This document shows, piece by piece, positions 26,526-38,870 of a stretch of 64,000 nt of DNA. Source of the stretch: Anthoceros angustus (lineage: Eukaryota; Plantae; Anthocerotophyta). The notes under the pieces were generated by a model that did not search any database, was not told where the DNA came from, and worked only from the letters and a program-made list of their open reading frames with translations. The first letter of the stretch is position 1. The number at the start of each line of letters is the position of its first letter. The translations under genes and the position numbers were made by a program. The stretch lies in NCBI GenBank assembly GCA_010909165.1, contig MU008170.1, forward strand, positions 806,001 to 870,000, read 5' to 3'.

Positions 26526-27565
26526 TCAGGCACACCATAGTACAAGTTGTGAAGTACTACCATACCCCAGGGGTGATTCGGCGTTAATTAATTAAAATTA
26601 ATAAAATTTGAAAATTTAGAAATGATTACACTTAAAATGTTGAATATGTAAAAATTTATGAGTTTAAGATGCCGAAAACAAGGAAATTAGGGTTTGTGTG
26701 GAAAATTAGGGCATGTTTAGGGGAGGTCTATATATATCCATTAGTTTTATATATATACTTATATATTTTAATAAATGTAGAAATTTGATAAAATTATTTT
26801 TCGTAAAAATTGAAATTTTGAAAAATATAAATATCTTTGTTGAACCTTATTTTTTTTCAAAAAATAATTATTTCGGCATTATCCTGTTGAATCACCCCTC
26901 GGGGTACGGTAATAAGAAAATTCTGTCCAGGTGAACTATGATGGACTCCTTGGTCTACCTCTTTCCTTAAAAAAAAACTTACATGTGTAGGTGCATAACA
27001 TAGGTTCCTATATAAGGTGGAAGGTGGGAGCGGGACAGTCCTGATATCACAATACCAGCTACCCGAGAAGCCGAGCAGCCGAGAAGCCGAGAAGCCGAGA
27101 ATCAGTGGGTGTAATAAAAGAGAAAAAGAAAAGGACGAGGAGCGGTTGCTAACCGTGGGGGAGGGCAGGCTTAGCGAGGCGATAGCAATTAAAAACGGTT
27201 TAGGGAGTTGTCCGCAACGCAGCACACAGAACGAGAATCGGGAGGCGGAGAGCGTGGCGAGAGAGCAGTGAGAGCAGGGGCAGTAACCGTAGCGGCTCGG
27301 CGAGACAGCGTGAAGCCTGAGAGTTGTTGCGAGAGGCTTGCGATTCCGTGCAGCCCTGGAAGCGGTGGGGCAAGCAGGTGGATCGCCTAACCCTGCTCTG
27401 GTGCCACCGAAAGTTAGGGAAAGAAAGTGAAGGCGGATTGGAATACGTGGTACGTGAATTTCTACTGCCTCACCTGTGTGAGCTGCGCTGAGGAGAGGCT
27501 GCTGCTCCCCTGCCTCCCTCCACTCGGCAGCGACGAGGAGCGAATTTCGTGCGGTGCGGCAGCCA

Positions 27566-27620
27566 AGCAAAGCAAAGCAGAGGAGAGCAGAGCAGAGCAG
27601 AGCAAAGCAAAGCGAAGCAG
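27566..27620 (+). repeat. (AGCAA/AGCAG)n pentamer microsatellite upstream of the RRM gene
   Basis: AGCAAAGCAAAGCAGAGGAGAGCAGAGCAGAGCAGAGCAAAGC. Confidence 0.85.
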
Positions 27621-28172
27621 CGGAGGGCAGGCAGGGGATGTGACTGCACCTGCACCTGCTTGTGGCCAGGAGCGAGTCGGAGTCGGGAGCCGAGCCGCGC
27701 CGCGCCGCGGCCACGCCTGCGTCCAGGCCGGGACAATTTGGGAGTAGCGTCTTCGTGAGCGGCCGCGCCTCGCCTCGGGGGGAGTGGGGAACCTGCTGTC
27801 TTCCTCTTAGGGTTGGACAAGACGCAGATCGGGGCCAGGATGTATGCTCAGGTTATTGCCGAGGAAATTCCCCGCGGTGTTGCTGTGTTGCCTATATATG
27901 CCTGACCACTTGCCGGACCTTGTGTTGTGTGGAGTTTGGCTGTCGTGTGCTGTGGATTGAGGGTTTCTGCGGTCGCGGATTGGATTTTCGCTTGCTTGCC
28001 GCGGGCGTGGTGTGTAGGAGGCTTGCTCGGCGCAACGCGTATCGCTCTGATGTCGCGGTTACACATGATGCTGCAGAATGACCTGCAGCAGGACTTTTTC
28101 CTGAAAGATCAAGCCAAGAGCCTGCTAGGCCATCCGTTTGAGGGTGGCACGGTGGAGGAGAATGGACATAAC

Positions 28173-29670
28173 ATGACAGACTTCGGGGCGGCTTGGCGGT
28201 ATCAAGCCGATGCTCGCCGGACTGCGCCACCCGCTCAACTTCCGGCTGCGAAGCGCACGCGCAGAGATTTCGGTTGGTGTCTGTCCCCGCTTTCGTTCGC
28301 TCTCTTGGACTGCTTGCCGCATGGGCAGCGCGTCACCCTTCTCATCCTGTTTGCTCTCGTCGGTGCAGAGGATGTTCAACAAGCTCGGAACGCATATGGT
28401 ACGCCCAGAACTGCTGCTGGTGGCAATGGTGTAGGTCGAGATGTAGGTGCTTACAATGCTAGGGACAGAGCAGCCGCAGGTTATGATGATCGCACAGCGA
28501 GGGGTTGGAGAGAGGGCGAGGCTCTGCAAGCCACGGACCTGGTGAGCGTTTCTGCTTGAGTCATCATGTGGGGGGTTTGTTGTATCACCAGTCCCCCCCC
28601 TCCCCTTGCTTCGGAAGAGTAGTAGATCCTTTGTTTCTTATTCAGCCGCATATCTTGGTTGTGGCAGTTGGGCTATGGCGCTGGCGCCTTGTCCGCAAAT
28701 GATCTAGGCATGGGAGGAGGCCCTGGCATGGGTCTTCAAGTGGGCGGTGGCGTCGCCATGGGTCTCAACATGGGTCTGGACGAAGCCACTTTAATGGGTC
28801 AAGCCGGCCGTATGGTTGGTCTTGATGTCGCCATGGGTGGGAGACCTACAAGCGTGGGGTTGAACGGAGTCTCACAGGAATCAGAGCTCATGCGTGCGAA
28901 TTCTGAAGTTCTTCCCCCTGATGCCTCATCAACTCTTTTTGTGGATGGTCTTCCCTTGGACTGCTCCCGGCGTGAAGCTGCACGTACGACAGTTTTCTTT
29001 CTTCTTTTTCTTTGCTAGTGTCCCTTCGGCTAGACTGCTTTCCCTGCTACTCTGTCACGTCGTACTTATCTTCTCTTATGTTCTCAACACTGGTGCAGAC
29101 ATCTTTCGGCCCTTCATCGGTTTCAAGGAAGTTCGCCTTGTTCACAAGGAAGCCAAGCGAGTTAGTTCTTTGTTCCCCTCCCTCTAGCTTTTTTTTCCTA
29201 ACATTTCTGGGGTTTATGTACGTTGTCAACAAGCAGTGCAGCATGATCTATAGTGTGATGATTTTTCTCTGTGGATGTCTCTCTGCCACTGATATTGCTT
29301 CTGTACTTTCCGTGGAGCATTTTATGTTATCTTGCATTTTCATGCTTCAGGCATTGGGCGAGAAGGTGGTACTCTGCTTTGTGGAGTTTGCAGATGCCAG
29401 ATGTGCAGCAACTGCTCTGGAGGCACTGCAAGGTAAGTTTGGTGTCTGGCTGTTGTGCCACATTACTTCCGTATGAGGATCCAATGAACCAGGGTTTGAT
29501 TCCAATGTTATCGTGTGCATGCAGGATACAAATTCGATGAGACAGATCCCGATTCATATTCTCTTCGGTTGTCCTTTGCCCGCCATCCTGGCCCCCGAGG
29601 GCCACCTCCTCGTGATGACTACCGCCGTCGGGATGATGACTATGGTCATCGCTCCAGAGGTCGCCGATAA
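28173..29670 (+). CDS. NSR: Nuclear speckle RNA-binding protein (NSR/RBPMS-like RRM); 6 exons (28173-28272, 28369-28541, 28668-28983, 29099-29160, 29351-29432, 29525-29670), 292 aa
   Basis: PPDASSTLFVDGLPLDCSRREAAHIFRPFIGFKEVRLVHKE...VLCFVEFAD..CAATALEALQGYKFDE is the NSR RRM signature. GT-AG introns, frame closes at TAA 29668-29670. The start could lie at an upstream in-frame ATG. Confidence 0.9.
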
Positions 29671-32444
29671 ACTGAGCCAGGTGTTCTACCTTCAGGTAAG
29701 AATCTACTCATGTATGCATGTTTGAGCTGCCTGAATGTGTCTGTGTTGGGACTGTGAGGTCACGACTTACTCTTCTAGTTAGCCTCTAGATGGTTGGTAT
29801 ATCACATTAGCTCTGGCGTGACCTCCTTGGGTGCCTAATCTAATTCTGCGGAACAAAGCCAGAGATCGTCAAGCTTCCCCATACTGATCCAGGGCTGGAA
29901 TGGATTCCCAGTTTCTGTCATAGCATGGGTGTCTGTTCCTAGTGTGATACCGGCTAGCGTACTGGCAAACCTTGCGGACTTTTAGATGACTTTAATCTAC
30001 ATCGTGAAGCCCAATGCCATTTTGATGGAGCAATCAGGCTTGCCCAAAGCACTCTTCATTAGTGACGAGCCGATAGTTCGTTTAGGGTGTAATGATGCAC
30101 TGATTATCCTGATTGCGATCTCTTTTGCTTTAGCCCTCGCTGCTGTGTCTGAAGGATGCATATTCGGCCATGTCCTAACGAGCAGTTATTTTGATAACTG
30201 TTGGTAGTTCTCTGTGCTGAACGTGTCTGAACAGAAAATTTAGAACTCTAGGTTGGTTTGCTGGGCTGCCAGCTACCCAGAGTCTAGTTTTCTAGATGGA
30301 TATGTGCAGGTCAATCTCATCTTTGCTCTCGTGATGCTTTCTTCTCATGACTAGTTACTGACTTTAGAAAAGCCTCGTTGTAGATTACTGTTCATCTGCT
30401 TTGCCCTCTGATTAGTGTAGCCTTTCGCTTCAGGTGTTGGCCACTTCGGCCTGCGGTAGATAACTTCGTGATTATTGGAACTATTTACGTGCAGCTAATC
30501 AGCCGTTTCCTATACCGAGCTGAAGGACACTGAGCGGATCGTTTCTGGCGTCTCTGAGTTTCGCGGATGATTCTTCAACGTACTTCTTTTCCGCTGCGAA
30601 GGTGTGATGATTCTCTGCGTAACGGCGTCGTGTGTATATCACTTGCGTGGAGAGGAGCGAGAGGAACATAGTAGTGTTTTGCCTTCTTGGACGTTTCCTC
30701 CATTAATCTCTCGGCAGGCCATATGCTGGCCTCAGATGGGTTGTAGGCCATCGGGTCATTGTTCTTGCAGTCTCGGTTGTAGGGCTTTAGTTCTTCTCGC
30801 TCTTAAACTTCATCTCGCCACTTTTAGATTTTGCATAGTAGAGAACACGAAGGTCAGGATATTGGATTGATAGATTAGGAAGGTGAATCCGGCTGATGAA
30901 TTTTGCTCATGTCAATTCTCGTCTTAAATGTCCTAGGGTCAGACCTATAAAATCGTTGTAAAGTGGAAGCAGGTCTTTTCGTTTCGTGCCTCTTCTTTTC
31001 TCCCGCGCAAAGGGCTTTTAATGTACTCTCCGTGTCAGCTGCCCGCTTATTGTTGAGAGTTGGATAATGTGCTGATTTTCTTTGCTGTAGGCCACACGAT
31101 GTTTTGATTATTGCTAGAGGCTTGCTGTGGATGGTGGGTGTGAATGGGCTTATTCATGATTCCTATGGATTCTTGTCCCAAGTTCATCTAGATGACCTTT
31201 CTGTGTCTGGGTTCCGTGGTTACAAGGCCTATATTTGTTGTTGCTACTGAGCTTTGTTGTGTATATACTACAGGTTGTAATGTGCAGAGTAGCTACTTAG
31301 AGGCTATGTCTGGAGCTTTGCGTTTTTGTCTCAGCTCATGTGTGATCCTTGAAATTTGTCACTTGTGCTAACATGTACTTGGTCATTAGTTTGGGCTGCT
31401 CTGTCTAGAACCTCAGGTCTGTGGATCCTCCATAGAACCTGAGACTTGTAAGCGGTCTGTGTGGACGGCAATGTTGTCCAGAGCTCTAGGGTTGTGGTGT
31501 GTAATTTGGAGTCAGGTAACAGGCCAATTACTCTTCCAGTAAACTTGGCACATGTGGTGAAACAAGTGTTTCTTGGTTTTCTTTGTGTGTTTGTTGATGA
31601 GAAGTAGTCCTGAAGCCCTGAACTGTCCCAGATCCAATGATGCTGGCATCCAGTCCTTGTGCGGTTGATTTTTTGTTGGACTGTCGCAAGACATTGAATG
31701 ACCCGGGGAACATGTTGAATGACCTGAATGATCTGGGGACCATGAAAATCGCTTCAGTTAGTTGTCTCGAACTTGAGAAACTGAGAAGCATGTTTCCATG
31801 AGGACTGCCAGGGGATCTCAACTTTCGAAGCTTGTATATTCACGCCAATGTTTCCTTTCCCACAGCTTTATTTCCTGAAATGGAAGAGCAGGTCATCCGG
31901 AAGGCCTTGGCCATCATTTTTTTGCTGGAAGTGGCTACAGTTCTGCTTGATTCTGTTGTTTGCCATGTAGTATGTCTAACTGATGTTGCCTCTCACTTAC
32001 GTGATGAATTTGAGAGTAGAGAGTTTTTTCTGGTTGAGCAGTTCCCACTTTCTGGTTGAGCAGCTCGAAATTAGGAGTTGAATTGATTTGGACAAAAGTT
32101 TTTCCCATCCCCATCCGGGAGCTGTGATAATTCAATTTCTGTCCTTTGTTCCACTCTTTAATCGGCATTTGTTTCAGTTCCAGATCGCTGAGCGTCGAAG
32201 ATACGGTGATTTTTACTTGGAGTCCTCCCGGTCGCACCATGGTTACGGAAGAATGAGCGTCATTTCCTTACGATACTTCTGTGACCTCGGACAGGAGAGG
32301 ACAGGATAGGAGAAGAACACTTCACTTCCGTTCCGATTTGTTTCGCGGAGGAAACTGATAACTTTCTGAACAAATTCGGCGACGATAATGAATCGTACCG
32401 TGTCGTGAAAGGTGGTGGTGAGAATCCACACCACGCAGTGTCCT

Positions 32445-33579
32445 CTAGGCTGTAGAGTGTTTAGCCAAGAAACTTCTTGCAATGTTGCTGGAGCAAACGT
32501 TTGTAGAGTTTGCATACGCTGTAACGGCTTCGATAACTTGTGGTGTAACAATGTCTTGTTGCGCCAGACAAGAAGGAGAGAGATGCATTAGGATGCGAGC
32601 CTGCGCCCGTTTAGCGCATGCGGATCAACAAATTCTTTCGTACCTTTCCGGGTTGAAGGGGAGCAGAGATAATACAAAGTAGTCATAGCTGCCAAAGCCT
32701 ACAAAAGAACCACACGCATAGTACTACAAATATCAGAATTTCAGGTCATATTGCGTTAGCCAAGAGCTTGCAAGCGCACTCACCGTCTTCTGGACTGGGC
32801 TTGACAGACAAGAGATGACAAGGGGAATTCCGTCACTCTTAACAACAGCTTCAGCATTTGCTGGATCTGCAAAAAACGGCCAGCAATGAATCCACGAATT
32901 CCATGGAAAGTATTCCTCTCGCCAGAAAAGAAGTCCCCCTCGGCCCAAATTATTATTGCACCTGGGGAGCAGTTGCACAGGCCTTCCATGCCAAACTGGA
33001 CAAGCTTCTCGTTGGACTCTGTCAAGCAGTCCAGGAAGAGATCTACGACATGGAGCTGAAGCTCCGGATTCAGGCAAACTCCAAGTAAGATTGATACCAT
33101 GGTCAGCTGGAGCTGGAACAAAAAGCAGAGAAATCATTGGTCCTACCTTTCGAAAATCAGCATAGTTGAGTGGATCGTAAGCGAAATTAGCCAAGTGAGC
33201 AACAAGTCGTTCTTTCTGCTCTGCTCTCTGCTCTGCACTCAAGGAAAGCTGAGAATTTCACAAGGGCACGACAATGGCTTCGGAAGGACGCTATCACGCG
33301 TACGGGACAAGGTAAAAGAAAAATGAAGAAAATTCATGCAGCTTGCAAGCTATTTATTTCCACAAGTGATGCGAGCTACCGTCGTCCACGGAATTCTGAA
33401 ACTGAGTCACTAGCTCCTGCACTTCCACCTCTGCAGAATGAGCGCAGCGAAAGCAAATACCAAAACACCAGGAACGAAAAGGAGAGGAGAAACAGCCAGC
33501 TACAAACCTGGAGGTATTCATCACGAGGAGTACCGTACTTTCCTTGCCTCTGCCTCTGCCTCTCTGCGCTGCTGAACAT
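32445..33579 (-). CDS. ARMC7: Armadillo repeat-containing protein 7-like; 7 exons (33579-33508, 33416-33380, 33220-33147, 33055-32962, 32866-32784, 32698-32644, 32554-32445), 174 aa
   Basis: MFSSAERQRQRQGKYGTPRDEYLQELVTQFQN...KERLVAHLANFAYDPLNY...LFLDCLTESNEKLVQFGMEGLCN...GIPLVISCLSSPV; frame closes. Confidence 0.92.
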
Positions 33580-34239
33580 TGTTCTGGGTTTCCGCAACGG
33601 GACACAGACATCAACAGAGGAGAGCAGAGAAGAGCAGCATTCACTCCGCGATGCAGTTTTCAGGTGCGAAATGGTGATGACTGGCCAGCTACAATCGATG
33701 CAGAAACAATCTTGCCCCTCAATACTCACAATGCTCAAATATCATTTATAACCTGATCTGGTGAAGAGTCGACACGAAGAATACTTGGTGGATTGTAAGG
33801 GTTGGCAGCAGCTTTGAAGTTGACTTGTGTTTGCCGACAAGTAAGCCTGAGCGACATCACCTCAACCTCAGGGCGTGCGAATCAACTTCCACACGTTGTG
33901 GGGAGTGGAACTCAACGCAGCAAAGATGTGGACATCAATACCAAGGTCACCCAGTGAGTTAGTTGTACAGCTGCTTAAGCTTCGCTACAGGCTAGGAGTG
34001 CTGGTTGCGTCTGAGACAGCTCTTAGTATTAGGCTCCCTCCGATGCTCATTCCTGAAAACCACAAGCCTAACCTTAATCTTGAAGTCATTGCAAAGACGC
34101 TGGCGTAATGCACTGCACATGTGTTTGAAGGCAACAGGCTGTACAAGTGTAGCATGAGATGCGTAGGTAGGTCAGGAGTGAGTTCACTAAAGACTGCCGG
34201 CGGATGCTCACAAGACTATACTCTTTGGGTGGGGAACTA

Positions 34240-35330
34240 GTGGACATGTGGAGAGCTGAAGATGCATGCCAGGGTTTTCATAGCTTGCTTGACCTGCGGT
34301 GACGTGGAATGCCTTGATAGCTGGGTATGTACAGCAAGCGTTAAGGACTCGGTCAAGAGGCGCTTCACGTGCATGGACAAATGGGAGCAAGAGGGTCGGC
34401 CTTATTTTGGCTGACCATGTTAACATATGGACGGACATATGGTTGGGCAACTGCCTGGTGGACATGGATGCAAAATGTGGGGGACTGGGTGATGCACGCC
34501 AGGTTTTTTGACAGCATCGCCTTAAAGGATGTGGTGACATGGACGGCACTGATAGGTGGGTATGCCCAGCAAGGCCTGGCACACGAAACGCTCGTTGTTG
34601 TGTATGAAAAAATGGAGCAGGAGGGCCTGATTTTGGCTAACCATGTCACGTTTGCTTTTCTTCTGAACCTTGGCCTGTACAGGCAAGCACAAGTGCCTTA
34701 CTTCTAGAAGGGCAGGCACAGCTGCAATCGCAGATCGTTGAAAGAGGAGTGCTGGATATATGACATGGTGTTGGGAAACTGCTTGGTGGACAAATAAAAC
34801 GCCCACCAGCCTGATGGTGCTACTTTTACTTGCCAAGGGTTCCAGTAGCATGCATGCAGCGGTAGCCATATGGGACCAGTCCACGAGCTCAGGCCGCAAG
34901 CACTTAGATTCCATGGCTGAACAGCATGGCATCAAACCTACTGTTGCTGTTGAGCATTTCAATTGCATGATTGATCTTCTTTTGCCGGGCGTGCAGAAGA
35001 GCCAATTAGACGAGGCAGGGGAGATGCAGCCTATTATTATGTGAGGGTGAGGGCCAAAGTAATGTTGTGTGTATGCCTGCAAAAAGTCATGGCGGATGCG
35101 GAAGAAGCTGCTACTAGAGCTCAGAGACCGACTGACTGATGAACACCTGGGATGGATTCAACACAGTACTGGAGATCACTAAGCCTTAGTTTTGTTCTTG
35201 CTCCCTGGATAGAGAGAGGGCGATATGCTGTTAATTTGAAAGCGTTGTTAGGCTGGAGCCTCAAAGGGCAGTGTCTACATGTATGTGCTCATGGCCAATG
35301 AGTGGCAGGTAGGTAGGTGGACAGGCGCAG
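34240..35330 (+). pseudogene. PLS/E-class PPR pseudogene
   Basis: VTWNALIAGYVQQ, DVVTWTALIGGYAQQG, HGIKPT..EHFNCMIDLL and a degenerate E-domain YVLMAN; multiple stops and frameshifts. Confidence 0.85.
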
Positions 35331-35690
35331 ACAGGAGTGAATCACGGAGAAGGGCACCAGGCAGCAGGAGGGTAACAGAAGCCTGGAGTGGCGGGCATGC
35401 ATGTGAAGAAACATAAAGAGCATACAAATTTTTGTACATTATATCTAACTGAAAACTTCATAACTATTTTTCTCAAAGTATTAATTATATGAAAATTCAT
35501 ACAAAATATATTTTGATAATGTAGGTCATTCACGACAACAATAAGTAAATTCACAACGCTGATCTACAAATATTATAAAACTATATATGTGTACAAAGAA
35601 AAAGCAAAAAGCTCACAGCAAGTCGTAGGGTTTGTTATGTCAAAGAAGTTTCATATTTATGCTCATGTATCATCTGGTGGTACTTTTCAA

Positions 35691-36622
35691 TTAATGGCTT
35701 GAGTACTCTTCATCACAATATTGTTTATCCTGGTACTCTTATTTAAAATAATAATTTTGATCTTCATCAAAACTTGGAGTTGGAACGATGTCGTTGGTAG
35801 AACTCATTTTCTTGCAAGAAGATTTATTGTGGAACTCCTTGCAGGCATTAATTAGTCCTTGCATTCTTCTAGTCGTACTTAGACTAAATGCAAGGACTAA
35901 TTTTAAAATTGAATTCTTCTAGAATTTTCGTTGGTAGAACTCATTTTCTTGCAAGAAGATTTATTGGGGAACTCCTTGCAGGCATTAGTTTCCTCATACA
36001 CAGGAGGCTGCGAATGCTTTCCGACTAATTTTAGAAGCATGCTTCTAAAATTAGTCGGAAAGCATTCGCAGCTCCATCTTTTTTGTTCTTGTTAGAATGT
36101 AGCAGCAAAGATAATTTCTGATATCTTCTTTTAATGGTATTTGCATCTGCATGTGGGTCAACTTGAAGAAGCCCCTACCAATTCTACATGGGACCTGTTG
36201 ATCCCAAGGATAATTTGTTTTGTTTTGCTGCAATTTCCACCTCCAAGATGGCAAGGAGGTAAGTAATATCATTCAATCCTGATTATTAGGAACAATTAGT
36301 GTGCTAGTTCTACACGCAGTATTTACGTCTCGCACGAAAGAGGGAAAACGTGGACATGGATATGGACATAGACATAGACATGCCATGTGTTAACAAAGAA
36401 ACAAGAAAAGGGAACAACATGCTGTCTTCACCTGAATAAATACGTGGGAAAAGTTTTTGTCCTTGAAGTAACAAGTTTTTTTGCTCCTTCAAGATCATTT
36501 TCTGTTCTTTAATGTGAGTGCGATAAGAAAGATAAGGAGAAGAAGAAGACATGGGAAATTGCCCTTTGCCATGCTTCTAAGAACTCAATTCATTTATTAA
36601 TCGCCATGTTTGTTTTGTCCAT
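35691..36622 (-). pseudogene. Diverged single copy of the array J-protein gene, inverted; homology extends upstream to ~37050
   Basis: The minus strand reads AKNLLLQGQKLFPRIYSG, intron GTGAAG...AATCAG, then LNDITYLLAILEVEIAAKQ...QVDPHADANTIKR..LLLHSNKNKKDG. HPD is changed to HSN and there are in-frame stops. Confidence 0.85.
36007..36072. repeat. 66-bp perfect palindrome (fold-back)
   Basis: GCTGCGAATGCTTTCCGACTAATTTTAGAAGCA|TGCTTCTAAAATTAGTCGGAAAGCATTCGCAGC. Confidence 0.95.
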
Positions 36623-37796
36623 CCTCGTCACTTTAATGATAAGAAGGATATACATATATATGTTCGAAGACTATATGACTTGAGCCTTTTATGAGAAGAA
36701 AGAAGCATATATGAATGAAGGCTATATGACTTGAGCCTTTGATGCAAAGCGAAAGAAAACAAGAGAAGCTAGAGCAGCAGAAATAGAATTCTCTTGCAAC
36801 TGTTCACGATAGCCTTGACCTTTATATAGGACCTACATTACCTAATTAATTTCATAATTATTTAAATTAATAAATATTTTAAATAAGATTACTTGGGATA
36901 TAACTAACCAACCATATGTTGCGCAAATATAGCATGCATGTATGCATGTGGAGATAGGTAACTGGGCTACAAGCATAGCATGCATGTATGCATGTGGAGG
37001 TAGGTAACTAGGCTACAAGCAAAGCATGCATGTATGCATGTGGAGGTGGGTAACTTGTACGATTTGGGAAGGCCATCTGCCAGATGCATTGTGCGATTGG
37101 TGTAGGCTATATATAGCCAGAAAGCATGGTTCAAATTTTAACGAAACACAAGCTGTGAATTGTTTGCGTGTGAAAGCGAGAATGGAGTAAAAAGCCAAAT
37201 CCAAAAGGAACAAAGCATGAGGGGAGACAAAATCGTCATGCCCAACCAGCTGCAGCACAGCATACCATTTTTTGATAATTGCTGCAAGTACAAGACATAA
37301 CATCAGTATTGTACAGGTGAGCAAATCAAGGTAGGAATAGTATCTTATGCCCCATGGCATAGCCTGCAAAGTTTTCAGCAAGTACCCAATTGGTATTAAG
37401 ATGCAGGCAACTAGCTGAACCACATTGTGAATGGCTTCTGTAGAGATGGTGAGAACCATGACAAGAATACCAATATGCCAAAGTTAGAGCAATTGAAAAC
37501 CAGCTGCTCGTCTGTAGAAGAAAATCAAGAACCAATTTCCAACAATAAACAGGTAATTGCTGGTCAGTCATTAGCAGAAAAGCATACATGAACAATCTTT
37601 TTTGTAAGTGTAGGATGGTACTAAAATGTGGTTAGCTACAAGTGTGCAGGAGGTGTAAGGCAAGTATAAACAATACTGTCACACACCAACTAGTTGTTTG
37701 CCAAGGGTATCATGGCCTGTTTGCCATGACCTTTTATTCCATCATTAGTTCTACTGGGTATTCCTAGCTTTCAGACGTTTCTTCTTGGTTAAAAGT

Positions 37797-38190
37797 AGAT
37801 ACAAGAAATTAGCTTTGCTGCTACATCCTGACAAGAATAAAGAAGATTGAGCTGCAAATGATTTCCAAGTAATTTTAGAAGCACAAACTATTCTATTGGA
37901 TAAAAGGTATCGAATGACTTTTTATACTCAAATTCAAAAATCTCGAATGTCATACAAGATGTACGAGGACGCTACTTCATGCAGGGAGTTCCACCAAAAA
38001 ACTTTTTGCAAGGAGCTTAATAATTTGCTTAATAAATTTCAAAAAATTCAAAAGATAGCAAAATGAGTTATATCAACGATGTTATGATAACGTCTCAACT
38101 CCAAATTTTGACGAAGATCAATGGTACCAAAATTATTATTCCAAACAAGAGTAATACGATAAACAATATTATGATGAATTGTACTCAAGT
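37797..38190 (+). pseudogene. Further diverged J-domain exon fragment
   Basis: RYKKLALLLHPDKNKED*AANDFQVILEAQTILLDK, followed by sequence homologous to the array 3' part. Confidence 0.8.
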
Positions 38191-38429
38191 GATTAATTCA
38201 TGAAAGTGGTTATCTCTGCTGTTAAAAGGCCTTAAAGGTCCTCTAACTTAAGTGGAGTGTATACACTTATTCTATTCACCATGAAGATTTTAAGATACAT
38301 TGTACCTTCATTTATTCTTGGTCTAGGCTTAAAGGTATAAACGCAAAAATGATTTTCCAAATACATGTGATCTATTTTTAGAAATACATGTGGTGATTCT
38401 AAGATGCGTTCGTTATATCTTCATTCACT

Positions 38430-38870
38430 CTTGCGTTCTAGGCTTAAAGGTGTGATGCTTCAGGTTTTCAACAAGTTTATACATCTGGAGGAATGTCACC
38501 GTGCAAACAACATAGGTATGGAGTTTTATCAAGGAACAACATAATATTTGAAGCGGCTGAATATACACCAAGCGGCTCCGAGGGTCTTTAAACTGGGAAG
38601 GGTGTTTTTGATGGTTGTCGGAATACCCCTTTTGGGATGTAATTGCCAAATTCGCATTGAAAAAACGGGTTTAACTCATAGTCATGGCATCTTCCTTTCC
38701 ACCAGACCACTAGTAGAACGGTGGTACCGTTTAGCAGCATCACGAGGAATAATACCCATGTTGGCTCCCCATCCTTGCGGGTGCAAAATACTTGCCTCGT
38801 GGATTTTACGGTGCCATTTATTCAATCATTGTGAAGAGCGGCGATATGTGTTTGAAATCATATTCTGGAA
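38430..38870 (-). pseudogene. Remnant homologous to the unknown gene at ~60350-61200
   Basis: ATATTTGAAGCGGCTGAATATAC is shared at ~38545 and ~61093; both translate on the minus strand to VYSAASNIM. Confidence 0.6.

Noticed and set aside
26857-28100. Long GC-rich ORFs on both strands upstream of NSR
   Set aside because: Low-complexity translations driven by the microsatellite and GC-rich 5' UTR/intron sequence; no recognisable domain.
29700-31000. Possible C/D-box snoRNAs downstream of the NSR gene (TGATGA/TGATTA and CTGA motifs)
   Set aside because: Only short, 8-9 nt matches to rRNA could be recalled and terminal stems are unconvincing; an Rfam/snoscan search is needed.
37013-37595. Hydrophobic minus-strand ORF fragments
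   Set aside because: No family could be recognised and no splice model closes the frame.
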